A DNA stretch of 64,000 nucleotides from Pseudomonadota bacterium (GTDB lineage: Bacteria; Bdellovibrionota; Bdellovibrionia; Bdellovibrionales; Bdellovibrionaceae). Shown here in pieces: positions 18,777 through 28,791 of the stretch (position 1 is its first letter; each line of letters starts with the position of its first letter). Where the stretch lies: contig JBEGVH010000030.1 in NCBI GenBank assembly GCA_041178425.1, positions 160,001 through 224,000 on the forward strand, read 5' to 3'. The position numbers and the translations under genes are program-made. Below the pieces are notes generated by a model. The model ran no database searches. It was given only the letters and a program-made list of their open reading frames with translations, and was not told where the DNA came from.

Positions 18777-20597
18777 CTATTGTTGTGTTTTTTTGCGATC
18801 TTCAAGGGCTTTCTCAGCCGTCGGTGCCAAGCGAACTCCCAATTCAATGAGCTGATCACGACTGACTTCACTTGGAGCTGCTGACATCAAGCAAGACGCC
18901 TTTGCCGTTTTTGGAAAGGCAATAACTTCACGAATCGCTTCAGTACCGCAAAGTAACATCACCAAACGGTCCATACCCCAAGCAATACCCCCGTGAGGAG
19001 GTGTGCCGTATTTTAATGCTTCGAGAAAGAAGCCAAACTTTAATTGAGTTTCTTCGGGAGTCATACCGAGGACTTTAAACATGGCTTGTTGAACTTCGTT
19101 ACGATAAATACGAATGCTTCCACCTGCAATTTCATAGCCGTTACAAACCAGGTCATAGGCTTTTGCTAACAGTCCACCGAATTTTGCTTCGTTGTTGCTA
19201 AGGAGATCATCGATGCCTTCATCTTTTGGTGCGGTGAATGGATGGTGGCGAGCAACCCAGCGCTTTTCTTCTGGTGCGTATTCAAGAAGCGGAAAATCCA
19301 ACACCCAAAGAAAATGATCTTTGGTGGTATCAATCAAGCTGAGATCACGACCCACTTGCAAACGCAACGCTGAGAGCGCAGAACAAGCCACCTCGTAATC
19401 GTCGGCAACAACGAGCATGAGGTCTCCCACTTTACCACCCCCCTGAACCATCCACGCTTTGACCTGATCGTCAGAAAAGAACTTGCTCACAGAAGAATTA
19501 AACTTTCCTTCTGCCTCCCACTTCACCCAAACCATTCCTTTGGCACCAGATTTTTTAGCCAAATCTGTGAGCTTATCTAGTTGACCTCGAGAAAAATTGG
19601 CTGCCCCTGGCACCACGATTCCTCGCACAATTCCGCCGCGAGAAAGCGTATCATCAAACACTTTAAATCCTGAATTTTGAACAAGCGTGCCAAGATCTTT
19701 AATTTCAACTCCAAAACGAGTGTCCGGTTTATCGCTGCCAAATCGATCCATAGCTTCCTGGAAGCTTATCTTAGGCACATCACCAATTTCGACTCCCTTA
19801 AATTGTTTCCAGAGTTTACGAAGAAGGCCTTCGTTCATTTTAATGATGTCTTCGCGATCAATAAAAGACATCTCGATATCGATTTGGGTAAACTCAGGCT
19901 GACGATCCGCCCGCAAATCTTCATCGCGAAAACAACGAGCAATTTGAAAATAGCGATCGTAACCAGAAATCATCAGTAACTGCTTAAGCGTTTGTGGCGA
20001 TTGAGGAAGAGCATAAAACTCCCCTAAATTGACTCGCGAAGGAACCAGATAGTCTCTCGCTCCCTCAGGCGTGCTCTTATAAAGAATCGGAGTTTCTACC
20101 TCAAGAAAACCATTTTCGCTAAAGTACTGCCGGACGACCTGTTGAACATTGTGACGAACGATCAAATGGTTTTGCAACCGGGGACTACGTAAATCGAGAT
20201 AACGGTACTTCAACCGGAGAGTTTCGCTCACATTCGGATCATCAATTTGAAACGGAGGAGTTGCTGCTTCGTTCAAAATTTCGCAACGAAGAGCCTCTAC
20301 CTCGACTTCACCTGTTTTGAGTTTTTTATTTGTCATTCCCTCTGGGCGCTGTCTCACAACACCTTCGATGGCAACAACATACTCTCCTCGAAAATCTTTT
20401 GAACACGCTGTTTCAGCCTTGTTTGGATCAAGCACTACCTGAAGAATTCCTTCGCGATCACGCAAATCGATGAAAACAAGATTACCGTGGTCTCGACGGG
20501 AATCAACCCAGCCAGTTAATACCACCTTTTGGCCCGCCAAAGCCTTGGTGACTTGTCCGCAATAATGAGATCGTTTTAGCTCTGCTATAAACTTCAC
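18777..20597 (-). CDS. aspS: Aspartate-tRNA ligase (likely non-discriminating Asp/Asn)
   Basis: RRDHG.LVFIDLRD, TPEGARDYLVPSR, CFRDEDLRADRQPEFTQ, PPHGG. GTG start at 20597 after AGGGGAG. Confidence 0.97.
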   Translation of the reverse strand: MKFIAELKRSHYCGQVTKALAGQKVVLTGWVDSRRDHGNLVFIDLRDREGILQVVLDPNKAETACSKDFRGEYVVAIEGVVRQRPEGMTNKKLKTGEVEVEALRCEILNEAATPPFQIDDPNVSETLRLKYRYLDLRSPRLQNHLIVRHNVQQVVRQYFSENGFLEVETPILYKSTPEGARDYLVPSRVNLGEFYALPQSPQTLKQLLMISGYDRYFQIARCFRDEDLRADRQPEFTQIDIEMSFIDREDIIKMNEGLLRKLWKQFKGVEIGDVPKISFQEAMDRFGSDKPDTRFGVEIKDLGTLVQNSGFKVFDDTLSRGGIVRGIVVPGAANFSRGQLDKLTDLAKKSGAKGMVWVKWEAEGKFNSSVSKFFSDDQVKAWMVQGGGKVGDLMLVVADDYEVACSALSALRLQVGRDLSLIDTTKDHFLWVLDFPLLEYAPEEKRWVARHHPFTAPKDEGIDDLLSNNEAKFGGLLAKAYDLVCNGYEIAGGSIRIYRNEVQQAMFKVLGMTPEETQLKFGFFLEALKYGTPPHGGIAWGMDRLVMLLCGTEAIREVIAFPKTAKASCLMSAAPSEVSRDQLIELGVRLAPTAEKALEDRKKTQQ

Positions 20598-20797
20598 GTG
20601 AAACTCCCCTTTTGGCATTGTGCTTCATTTTTGGTGCTAAGCCTTAAGTTTCTCATGAAGGCCATTTTCAGTCAAAAGTCTTCTCTCTAGAACGCTTGAT
20701 TTCCTTCGCAAAGAACACTTCTTTTTGCTAAGCTCAGTCAGACACGGTAAGAGACCACAAACGTCAAAATGGAGGCAGCCTCTCGGCTGATGATAGA

Positions 20798-21103
20798 ATG
20801 CCCAAATTTAAAGTCGAAACCCCGTCTTCACTCAGTGCCAAAGAAGCGTTTGGAAAAATTAGAAACTTCATGGAAAACACCGACGATTTAAAAAAAATTG
20901 ATTCCAACATCGAGTGTAAATTCGAAGAGGCAAAGTTAAGAGGCACGGCCAAGGGTAAGCAATTCAAAGCCGATATCTCTGTGGTCGAAAACTCTCCCCA
21001 ATGCGTTGTAAGCATTGAAGTGGAAATCCCGCTTCTCCTTTCGCCCCTCAAAGGAAAAATTCAAGAAACGCTAGAACGAAAAATTAAAAAGGCTTTAGCA
21101 TAA
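20798..21103 (+). CDS. Polyhydroxyalkanoic acid system (PHA_gran_rgn)-like small protein
   Basis: About 100 aa; C-terminal EIPLLLSPLKGKIQETLERKI pattern recalled for this family. Confidence 0.6.
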   Translation: MPKFKVETPSSLSAKEAFGKIRNFMENTDDLKKIDSNIECKFEEAKLRGTAKGKQFKADISVVENSPQCVVSIEVEIPLLLSPLKGKIQETLERKIKKALA

Positions 21104-21106
21104 CAA

Positions 21107-22183
21107 ATGAAAAAACAAGCATCGCCGGGATCCAAAAAACCAACCAAGAGTCGCAAAGCAAAAGAGCTTTCCTCTTCTGTCGACACGACCCCAATTAGGT
21201 CGGTTCGGGCGGAGCTTGTATCTGATGAGACAGAAACCAAAGATATTTCCCACCTCGAAGATCAAAAAGAGGATTGGACACCTGCTGATGGCTCTGATGT
21301 TGATCTGTTAGTAGACCCAGAGGATAGCCCTAAGGCCCTCGGATCAACGAAAGCGGTCGCAACGGCCGATCCGATGCAACTGTATTTGGCGTCGATTCAA
21401 AAGTATCCGCTCTTGACCCGGGAACAGGAACAAAAACTAGCAACTCATTATTTTGAAACCAAAGACCCCAAAGCAGCCCAGGCTCTTGTGACCGCCAACC
21501 TACGGTTTGTGGTTAAGGTCGCTGCAGAGTACTCAAAATTTGGAGCCAAACTAATAGACCTGGTTCAAGAGGGCAACGTTGGCCTAATGCATGCGATACG
21601 CGAATTCAACCCCTACAAGGGGGTGCGACTTATCACATACGCAGTTTGGTGGATTCGTGGCTACATTCAAGAATACCTGATGCGCCAATACTCGATGGTG
21701 CGAATTGGAACTACGCAAAACCAACGCAAACTTTTTTATCAACTCAAGCGAGAAAAAGAAGCCCTGGACTCCCTCGGTGATAGCCAAGACTTCAAACAGC
21801 TATCTGAAAAATTAGGCATACCTGAAGATGAAATAAAAGAAATGAAGAGTCGCCTTTCTGGCCGCGATGTGAGTCTTGATACTCCCCTTGATCAAAGCAC
21901 CAAAACCACTCTGGGCGATCTACAAAAAAGCAAAGAAACTCTGCCCATCGATGAAGACCTCGCCCTTCGGGAACAATTGAGTCTTTTAAAGGAAAAAATC
22001 GATGAGATTCGTCCTGATCTTTCAGAAAGAGAACTCATCATTCTCAATGAACGACTCCTCGCCGACGATCCTCTCACTCTTCAAGAAATTGGCGAGAAAT
22101 ACAAAATCACCAGAGAGGCCGTTCGCCAAATGGAAGTACGCGTTCTTGCCAAGATTAAAAAGAAGTTCCTAGAGGAACAATAA
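21107..22183 (+). CDS. rpoH: RNA polymerase sigma-32 (RpoH)-like factor
   Basis: LVTANLRFVVK, DLVQEGNVGLM, YAVWWI, RpoH-box-like QRKLFYQLK, region 4 TLQEIG...REAVRQ. Confidence 0.88.
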   Translation: MKKQASPGSKKPTKSRKAKELSSSVDTTPIRSVRAELVSDETETKDISHLEDQKEDWTPADGSDVDLLVDPEDSPKALGSTKAVATADPMQLYLASIQKYPLLTREQEQKLATHYFETKDPKAAQALVTANLRFVVKVAAEYSKFGAKLIDLVQEGNVGLMHAIREFNPYKGVRLITYAVWWIRGYIQEYLMRQYSMVRIGTTQNQRKLFYQLKREKEALDSLGDSQDFKQLSEKLGIPEDEIKEMKSRLSGRDVSLDTPLDQSTKTTLGDLQKSKETLPIDEDLALREQLSLLKEKIDEIRPDLSERELIILNERLLADDPLTLQEIGEKYKITREAVRQMEVRVLAKIKKKFLEEQ

Positions 22184-22229
22184 ACTCACGAATGACTGCG
22201 CCTCTTTACGACTGATCCCAGCCTCAAGT

Positions 22230-23540
22230 TTATCCCTTTTTTGCCTTTGCATACTCAGCAATTGCCGTTCGAGCGGCCACCGCATGATCAACCATTGGTT
22301 TTGGATATTTGGCCGTTTTCCATTCGGGAATCCAGCGCCGCACGTACTCTTCATTGGGGTCAAATTTCAAGCGCTGCACTTCGGGGTTAAATACTCTAAA
22401 ATAGGGAGCGGCATCACAACCTGTACCCGCCGCCCACTGCCAGTTACCATTATTAGAGGAGAGATCATAATCAAGAAGAATTCCGGCAAAATATCTTTCG
22501 CCCCACGACCAATGAATCAAAAGATCTTTACAAAGAAAACTAGCCACATTCATGCGCACTCGATTGGCCATATTGCCAGTCGTATTTAATTGCCTCATGC
22601 CGGCATCGACGAGAGGAAATCCCGTCATGCCCTCTTTCCAGCGTTCAAAATGCTCCTGGTTTTGTGACCAAGCCACATTGTCAAACTCTGGTCGAAAAGA
22701 ATGTTTCACCACCTGCGGAAAGTGATAGAGAACTTGTGAAAAGAAATCACGCCAAGCAATTTCTGAGAGCCAAGTCTTGCTCAATGGGCGAGCCAAGCGA
22801 ACGAGCTCGCGCACACTGACAGTTCCAAAACGAAGATGAATGCCCATTCCAGAGGTAGATCTCTCGTCAAAAACGTCGTTCCGACGTTGTTCGTAGGCCT
22901 CAACGATTTTAAGATCGAGGACAGGAGTCGCCGCTACAATTGAGGTTTCCTGAAAGCCTAATTCAGCCATTGAAGGGGCGCTCTTAATAGGGAGCCCTTT
23001 GGCAAAGGCCCCAACATGTTTCTCCGACGGAAAATGCACTAAACTATTGGGGTCACTCTCAATGCGAGCCATCCACTTCTTTGAATAGGGTGTAAAGACT
23101 GTGTAAGGAGTTCCTTTATCGGTGAGAATTTGATTTCGCTCGAAAACAAAATGATCCTGATATTCTTGATAGGTGAGTCCGTTCGACTGAAAAAGCTGCT
23201 GAACCTCATGGTCCCGGCGCTTTGGGTAAGGGTCATGATCGCGATTTAGAAAAACTCCCCCTGGCTGAAATTCTTGAATGAGTTCTTTAAAAACCTCAAG
23301 GGGCTTACCGCTACGAACCACGAGCTCTGACCCGAGAGCTCGCAACTCTTTTTGCAAGCCTAGAAGGCGAGAGTGAATAAACTGCACCCGACGGTCGGAG
23401 CGATCAGGGAGCCGCTCTAAAATATCGGGATCGAAGATAAAAATTGGCACCACAGGGTGACCCGACTTGAGGGCCTGAAAGAGCCCGTGATTGTCAATGA
23501 GGCGGAGATCTCGGCGAAACCAAAAGATGACTTTTTTCAT
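22230..23540 (-). CDS. phrB: Deoxyribodipyrimidine photolyase
   Basis: WFRRDLRLIDN, WRDFF, TGFPLVDAGMRQL, NNGNWQWAAGTGCDAAPYFRVFNP. Confidence 0.95.
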   Translation of the reverse strand: MKKVIFWFRRDLRLIDNHGLFQALKSGHPVVPIFIFDPDILERLPDRSDRRVQFIHSRLLGLQKELRALGSELVVRSGKPLEVFKELIQEFQPGGVFLNRDHDPYPKRRDHEVQQLFQSNGLTYQEYQDHFVFERNQILTDKGTPYTVFTPYSKKWMARIESDPNSLVHFPSEKHVGAFAKGLPIKSAPSMAELGFQETSIVAATPVLDLKIVEAYEQRRNDVFDERSTSGMGIHLRFGTVSVRELVRLARPLSKTWLSEIAWRDFFSQVLYHFPQVVKHSFRPEFDNVAWSQNQEHFERWKEGMTGFPLVDAGMRQLNTTGNMANRVRMNVASFLCKDLLIHWSWGERYFAGILLDYDLSSNNGNWQWAAGTGCDAAPYFRVFNPEVQRLKFDPNEEYVRRWIPEWKTAKYPKPMVDHAVAARTAIAEYAKAKKG

Positions 23541-23601
23541 AGGTCCTTAATTTGACCGAAACCCGCCACCGAATCAAGACAATGTGACTGATTCTTTCTG
23601 A

Positions 23602-24108
23602 CTACCTTTTGAGTCGTGCTAATTCCATTTTTGCTTCGTTAATGACTCCACTCATTGTGGTGATTTGGGCTTCTTTCTCACTTAGAATTTTTTGAAGCTT
23701 AGTGATTCTCGCCTCGTAGGTTTTTAGCATTTGCGATTGCTGCTCAATGACCTCTTGAGACTTAAAATCGTAGGCTTTTCGTTCGGACAGCTTACTATTA
23801 ACTTGTGCTAATCGTTGATTAATTTCACGAATCATTTCGCTATGGTTTTGATCGATACGGCTCAAAGATTGCCCCAAACGATCGAACTTGAGCTGCTGGC
23901 TTTTGGCATTTTCGGCCATGTGGGTACCCATTCTGGTCATTTGATCTTGTAAACGGTTGAGCTGAGTTCTTAAAAGGCGAACTTCTTCTGATGCGGCCAA
24001 GGCTTTTTCATAAATGACTTCCAACGCTGGAAGCCCTTCAGGATGGGATTCCCGCTTGATAGCAGTTTTGGGTGTAGGAAAAAGATCTGGATTCAATTCT
24101 TTCTGCAT
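23602..24108 (-). CDS. Hypothetical coiled-coil protein
   Basis: Heptad-rich 168-aa ORF with GAGGA SD. Confidence 0.7.
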   Translation of the reverse strand: MQKELNPDLFPTPKTAIKRESHPEGLPALEVIYEKALAASEEVRLLRTQLNRLQDQMTRMGTHMAENAKSQQLKFDRLGQSLSRIDQNHSEMIREINQRLAQVNSKLSERKAYDFKSQEVIEQQSQMLKTYEARITKLQKILSEKEAQITTMSGVINEAKMELARLKR

Positions 24109-24246
24109 GATGTATCCTCTCCTTGGACGGTTAAACGAGGCCCCCTTCGGGGTTTTAATCTTCGCTTGGGGAAGAGTTCCTTCTCTTCGCCTTTTTCAAG
24201 TATATTTTCTCTGGACTCTCGAATCAATTCTTTCTAACCTAATCTC

Positions 24247-25227
24247 ATGAAGATTTCACAAATTTTAAAATACATTGCCGACTTGAACCCTCAAAACACG
24301 CCTGCGCGTTTGGCTTTTTACAATTTTCTCCGCCACTTTGAGTTCAGCTCGGACGATCTAACTCCCTATGTTATTAACACTTTTTTCTCACAAGCCCTTG
24401 AGTATCCACATTGGCAAACGAACAAATCGTTTTTAAGCAAAGAAGTGCAATTCCTTCTGGAGAATTTCGTTCGCGTTCACAAAGCTGATTTCGACTTTGG
24501 CGCCATACGCTTTCCGCAAAACCTGCAGCTCGTGGAGCTGGAGTCTTTTTCGGATCTGCTCGAAGTTACCAATAACTATGCGCGCTCGATCACGGCCGAA
24601 GATGACAAGTTTCGAATCATCCCAGACCAAAGTCGTAGGGTTATTTTAGTAACCCTAAAAGCTGATAAATCAGTGGACGTTGCTGTGTTTGATAAAAAAT
24701 TTGTCATTCGCAACGGTCAATTAGAGCCGCTCCGAACAGATCTAAAGGTCTCCTACGATGCTAACCTTGAGCTCAGAGAAAATGCTATCCACCTTATTGA
24801 GGTCGCACCTTATCTTTTGGCTCAATTTACGATGAAGAATGGCCAACCTCAAGGAAGCCTCCTCAGGGGCTATGTTTTTCAAAAGTACCAGGAGCTCCAT
24901 GGGCTTACTCTCGAAGAACAGAGTAAGGTCTTCGCTCCTCTTAAGCGCCTAGAGCAAATCTTTATCGATAAGCAGAGTGACCCCTATTATCTGGATCTTG
25001 TGAAACAGCTCACAGAATCCCCGGCCCGAGTGCGCCAAGGTGAGCTCAGCGATGAAAAAAACGCCCGCCGACTCCTCGAAAGAGCTGAATTGGCCTATCG
25101 GGAGATTTTCATTGGTGACAAAATGCTCGCCGGACTGATAAACGAGCTTGGTCAAAGCATCAAGCCGACGGGACCAAAGGATTCAGAATTATGGGCAAAA
25201 CAACGACCACTCGACTTAACAAGGTAA
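24247..25227 (+). CDS. Hypothetical protein
   Basis: 326-aa ORF overlapping the rluB start. Confidence 0.75.
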   Translation: MKISQILKYIADLNPQNTPARLAFYNFLRHFEFSSDDLTPYVINTFFSQALEYPHWQTNKSFLSKEVQFLLENFVRVHKADFDFGAIRFPQNLQLVELESFSDLLEVTNNYARSITAEDDKFRIIPDQSRRVILVTLKADKSVDVAVFDKKFVIRNGQLEPLRTDLKVSYDANLELRENAIHLIEVAPYLLAQFTMKNGQPQGSLLRGYVFQKYQELHGLTLEEQSKVFAPLKRLEQIFIDKQSDPYYLDLVKQLTESPARVRQGELSDEKNARRLLERAELAYREIFIGDKMLAGLINELGQSIKPTGPKDSELWAKQRPLDLTR

Positions 25228-26057
25228 TTTCAGAATCAGGGGTTGCAAGCCGCCGGCAAGCCGATCGCCTCATCGAAGAAGGCGAAGTAACTGTCAACGG
25301 CAAGCGCGTTTATGAACTGGGCATCAAGGTCAACCCATCGGTTGACCGAATCTTTGTTAGTGGTAAGCCACTCAAAATTTCCCATAGTAAAATTTACATC
25401 GCTTTTCATAAGCCTCAAGGCATCCTCACCACGATGGATGATCCTTTGAACCGACCAACGATTGCTCAATACGTTGAGCAAATGCCCGTTAAAGTCTTTC
25501 CGGTTGGTCGACTTGATTGGGATTCAGAGGGTTTACTGGTTCTAACGAACGATGGCGATTTTGCTCAAAGAATCACTCACCCAAAACATGAGGTCACTAA
25601 AACCTATTTAGTAAAACTCCGACGAGATCCAACTCCCGAGCAAATCCAGCGACTTCTCCGCGGCGTGAGTATCATTGGCGGTAAAGTAGCTGCCAAGTCG
25701 CTCGTTAAAGTTCCACGAGGTAAATCGGATCACCCTTGGTTTAAAATTATCATCACCGAAGGTAAGAATCGTCAGATTCGTCAAATGTTCGAAAAAATTA
25801 ATAATGACGTCTTAAAGCTCCAAAGGATTGCTATTGGTTGTTTAAAGATTGGCAAGCTCAAGCGTGGAGCATGGGAAATTCTCGAACCGGCGGATTTAAA
25901 GAAGATGTTCATTGCCGATGACCCAGAAGCTCTTAAAGAAAAGAAGAGTTACAAAGCCACGGCAGAAAAGGTTTATCGAAATAAATCGACGGCCAATAAG
26001 ATCGGAACGAAAAAGAACCCTCACATGAAAACCAAAAAGCAACTTTTTGGTGACTAA
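25191..26057 (+). CDS. rluB: 23S rRNA pseudouridine synthase (RsuA/RluB family)
   Basis: S4 domain RLNKVISESGVASRR; GRLDWDSEGLLVLTNDG; EGKNRQIR. Confidence 0.88.
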   Translation: MGKTTTTRLNKVISESGVASRRQADRLIEEGEVTVNGKRVYELGIKVNPSVDRIFVSGKPLKISHSKIYIAFHKPQGILTTMDDPLNRPTIAQYVEQMPVKVFPVGRLDWDSEGLLVLTNDGDFAQRITHPKHEVTKTYLVKLRRDPTPEQIQRLLRGVSIIGGKVAAKSLVKVPRGKSDHPWFKIIITEGKNRQIRQMFEKINNDVLKLQRIAIGCLKIGKLKRGAWEILEPADLKKMFIADDPEALKEKKSYKATAEKVYRNKSTANKIGTKKNPHMKTKKQLFGD

Positions 26058-26776
26058 GGGGTTTTCCAAGCATTGAGGAGCGCCTGGCCGATGGCGCTCG
26101 CATTTCCGCTATTCATAGAACCGCTTAACTGACTGCACAGCTCTTTATTCGCATTTTCACCACCAGAGCAACTAGCTTCATAGGCGATTATCGCGGTTTG
26201 CCCGATCACTTCGGGTGTACCAGCATTAATAAGTTGGGTCACTTCTGCGGCATCAAGCTGACCATCCGCTAACACATCGGCCACCCCAGATAGATTTGTT
26301 GCAATTCGCGCAAACGATGCAATCATCACATACCCAGGATTTCCAGCATCACTACAATAACTAAATGTCTCGTTGGCGAGTACTGAATCTTCGGCCTCTG
26401 TTGCAGTCTCACTGACCCCCATGCTTTTAAACTTCAAAAAACTCATCATACCCACGGTGCCTGAGCCTCCGCCTTGATTACTCAAACTGCTCATAGCATC
26501 AACGATACGACCAGGGTCACCAAAACCTTCAATTAAAAAGTTGCCTGAACATCTTATAAGACTGGCATCTTTCGATGAAAGCGTTCCTAGTTTATCTAAG
26601 CAAGTATTTACTCGGGTCTTTCTCTGGGCGGCCGATAATCCTGTCACTGGAAGCTCATCAAGACAAAATTGTGCATCACCAATTTTGTCTTGATCATTAG
26701 ACGCTGAGCACCCCGCCAACAGACCAAGACTAAGAACAGCGACCATCAAACTCTTCATCATTGCTTTATGATTCAT
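26054..26776 (-). CDS. Cys-rich hypothetical lipoprotein
   Basis: Lipobox LLAGC; six further Cys; GGGAG SD. Confidence 0.8.
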   Translation of the reverse strand: MNHKAMMKSLMVAVLSLGLLAGCSASNDQDKIGDAQFCLDELPVTGLSAAQRKTRVNTCLDKLGTLSSKDASLIRCSGNFLIEGFGDPGRIVDAMSSLSNQGGGSGTVGMMSFLKFKSMGVSETATEAEDSVLANETFSYCSDAGNPGYVMIASFARIATNLSGVADVLADGQLDAAEVTQLINAGTPEVIGQTAIIAYEASCSGGENANKELCSQLSGSMNSGNASAIGQALLNAWKTP

Positions 26777-26813
26777 TAACGGCTCCCTTAAAAACTTTCC
26801 GACTGACCCTTTC

Positions 26814-26840
26814 TTATCGTCATTTGAAAGCTAGTCTTGA
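26814..26840 (-). promoter_or_regulatory. Sigma28 (FliA) promoter
   Basis: TCAAG-N14-GACGATAA. Confidence 0.65.
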
Positions 26841-27020
26841 GGGGTGGGCACACAATTAGACTCCGTAATCTCTTCGATTTGAGACACCAAAAACATGTCT
26901 TCGAAATCATCTGCAACAGCTCTCTCGCCAAAGGTCCAGGAACTGTCTGAGATTCGACTAAACACCAGTTTGTTTTTTATGTCTCACTTTGAGAATCGCT
27001 CTAAAGATAGAATAAAGGTG

Positions 27021-28094
27021 ATGAGTCAGTTTTCGCCTTCACTCGTAGCGCTAATTCTATTTCTTAGTTGGTCTTCGATAACTAAGGCCGAAATTTATGA
27101 GTTTTATCGTGGAGTGCGCGCCCTTGGAATGGGTGGAGCAGATACTGCGGTTGTGAACGATGAAACCGCACTATTGGTTAATCCTGCCGGCCTGGGTAAA
27201 CTCCGCGACAGCATTACAACTGTTTTTGACCCCGAGATGGAGTTTAGCACCAACAATTACGATATGTATAAAAAGAAGTTACCGGGCTCACTTGTCAATT
27301 TAAGCGATCTCAGTGCCTCACTTGATAATTATCGCGAACAACACTACCACTACAAATACCAGATTTTTCCTTCGGTGGTGGTGAAAAATTTTGGAATTGG
27401 TTTTTTACTCAAAGAACAGCTTGATGCAAAAATGAGAGCCGACGGCCTGAGTATCGATACCAATTACTACTACGATATGGCTCTTGCCACTGGTTTTAAC
27501 TTTCGTTTTTGGGATGGGCGTATCAAGCTCGGTGTAACTGCAAAGGCGGTCAATCGTGTTGAAGCTATTGGCAATTTTCCGGTGGCTCAAAGCCTGAAAG
27601 CTCAAGATGTCGGCTCAGAAGGTTACGGAATGGGCTCTGATGTAGGCCTGATTCTCTCTGCCCCTTGGGGTTGGATTCCTACACTCTCGGTGGTTGGGCG
27701 CAATGTTGGTGGTTTAAAATTTACTAACACTGGTCTTCGATACAAGCTCAGCAACAAACCGACAGACCTCGAGCAAGATGCCGACATCGCTCTTGCTTTT
27801 TTTCCGATTCACAGCAACCGGGCGCGATCGAGCTTTACTTTTGAACATAAACATTACTTAACGGCGAACCAATACACCAATAAAAATCAGCTCTATCATT
27901 TTGGCTGGGAAACAAACTTTAACGACATGGCGTTTTTTAGACTTGGTTGGAATGGCATTTCTTATACCACCGGTTTTGAGCTGGCCGCTGAGCGATTACA
28001 ACTCCAACTTGCCTACTACACAGAAAATGCAGGAACCGAAGATACACCAGATCTAGATAAACGCTGGGTCTTCAAGGTTTCGTATCGCTACTAA
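27021..28094 (+). CDS. Outer-membrane beta-barrel, TraF-like/FadL/PorV-type N-terminal motif
   Basis: Signal peptide; RALGMGGA...LVNPAGL; terminal ...VSYRY. Start moved to ATG 27021. Confidence 0.75.
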   Translation: MSQFSPSLVALILFLSWSSITKAEIYEFYRGVRALGMGGADTAVVNDETALLVNPAGLGKLRDSITTVFDPEMEFSTNNYDMYKKKLPGSLVNLSDLSASLDNYREQHYHYKYQIFPSVVVKNFGIGFLLKEQLDAKMRADGLSIDTNYYYDMALATGFNFRFWDGRIKLGVTAKAVNRVEAIGNFPVAQSLKAQDVGSEGYGMGSDVGLILSAPWGWIPTLSVVGRNVGGLKFTNTGLRYKLSNKPTDLEQDADIALAFFPIHSNRARSSFTFEHKHYLTANQYTNKNQLYHFGWETNFNDMAFFRLGWNGISYTTGFELAAERLQLQLAYYTENAGTEDTPDLDKRWVFKVSYRY

Positions 28095-28791
28095 AAACAA
28101 TATCGAAAACAACCAATACGCCGTTGATCATTTTAAAGTGAATATCACCGTCGAAAAGGCGAAAGGCATGATTCTCTTTGTAGCCTTTTCCAAGTTCTTT
28201 ATAAACTTGAGGTCGCGGATCTTGCGCCAATGTCTGCTCGATTAAACGAACCATGTTAGGCTGATGAATGCGCAATCCCCATTGGTTAATCTGGGTTCGC
28301 AGTTCTTCAGTTTCAAAGCGAACGGGCAATGATGGCTTTGCCACTATAGACGACCAACCTCCCCTTGCCATTGGGTGAGCTTCAATTTCTGGAAGGTAGG
28401 GTTTTACATCGTAAACGGGTGTTCCATCCGCTAAATCAGCTCCCATAATTTCAATACCCGAGGAGGTGATTCGTTTAATCGCTACTAAGGAGAGCCCTAA
28501 GGGATTAGGACGATGGGGCGTTCGGGTAGCAAATAATCCCATGCTCTCACCCTGCAAACGGGGTGGATGAACTTTAGCATGAAATCGCGATACCTTATTA
28601 AGATGAAAACCAAAAATGACCCACAGGTGAGAATAGCCTTCGAGCCCTTGCAGACTAATTTCTGGCTGAACATGATTCTCAAATCGTAAAAATGCCCACG
28701 CATCTTCAACCAGAAGAGGCTGCCTCGGCACAGCGAAACGATCGCGATAGCACGACTCAACATAGGCAACTGGCTTTAAAGTTAGCTCCAT
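28072..28791 (-). CDS. trmO: tRNA (t6A37)-N6-methyltransferase TrmO/TsaA
   Basis: VPRQP, SHLWVIFGFH, GLFATRTPHRPNPLGLS, DGTPVYDVKPYLP, QDPRP. Confidence 0.92.
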   Translation of the reverse strand: MELTLKPVAYVESCYRDRFAVPRQPLLVEDAWAFLRFENHVQPEISLQGLEGYSHLWVIFGFHLNKVSRFHAKVHPPRLQGESMGLFATRTPHRPNPLGLSLVAIKRITSSGIEIMGADLADGTPVYDVKPYLPEIEAHPMARGGWSSIVAKPSLPVRFETEELRTQINQWGLRIHQPNMVRLIEQTLAQDPRPQVYKELGKGYKENHAFRLFDGDIHFKMINGVLVVFDIVFSSDTKP

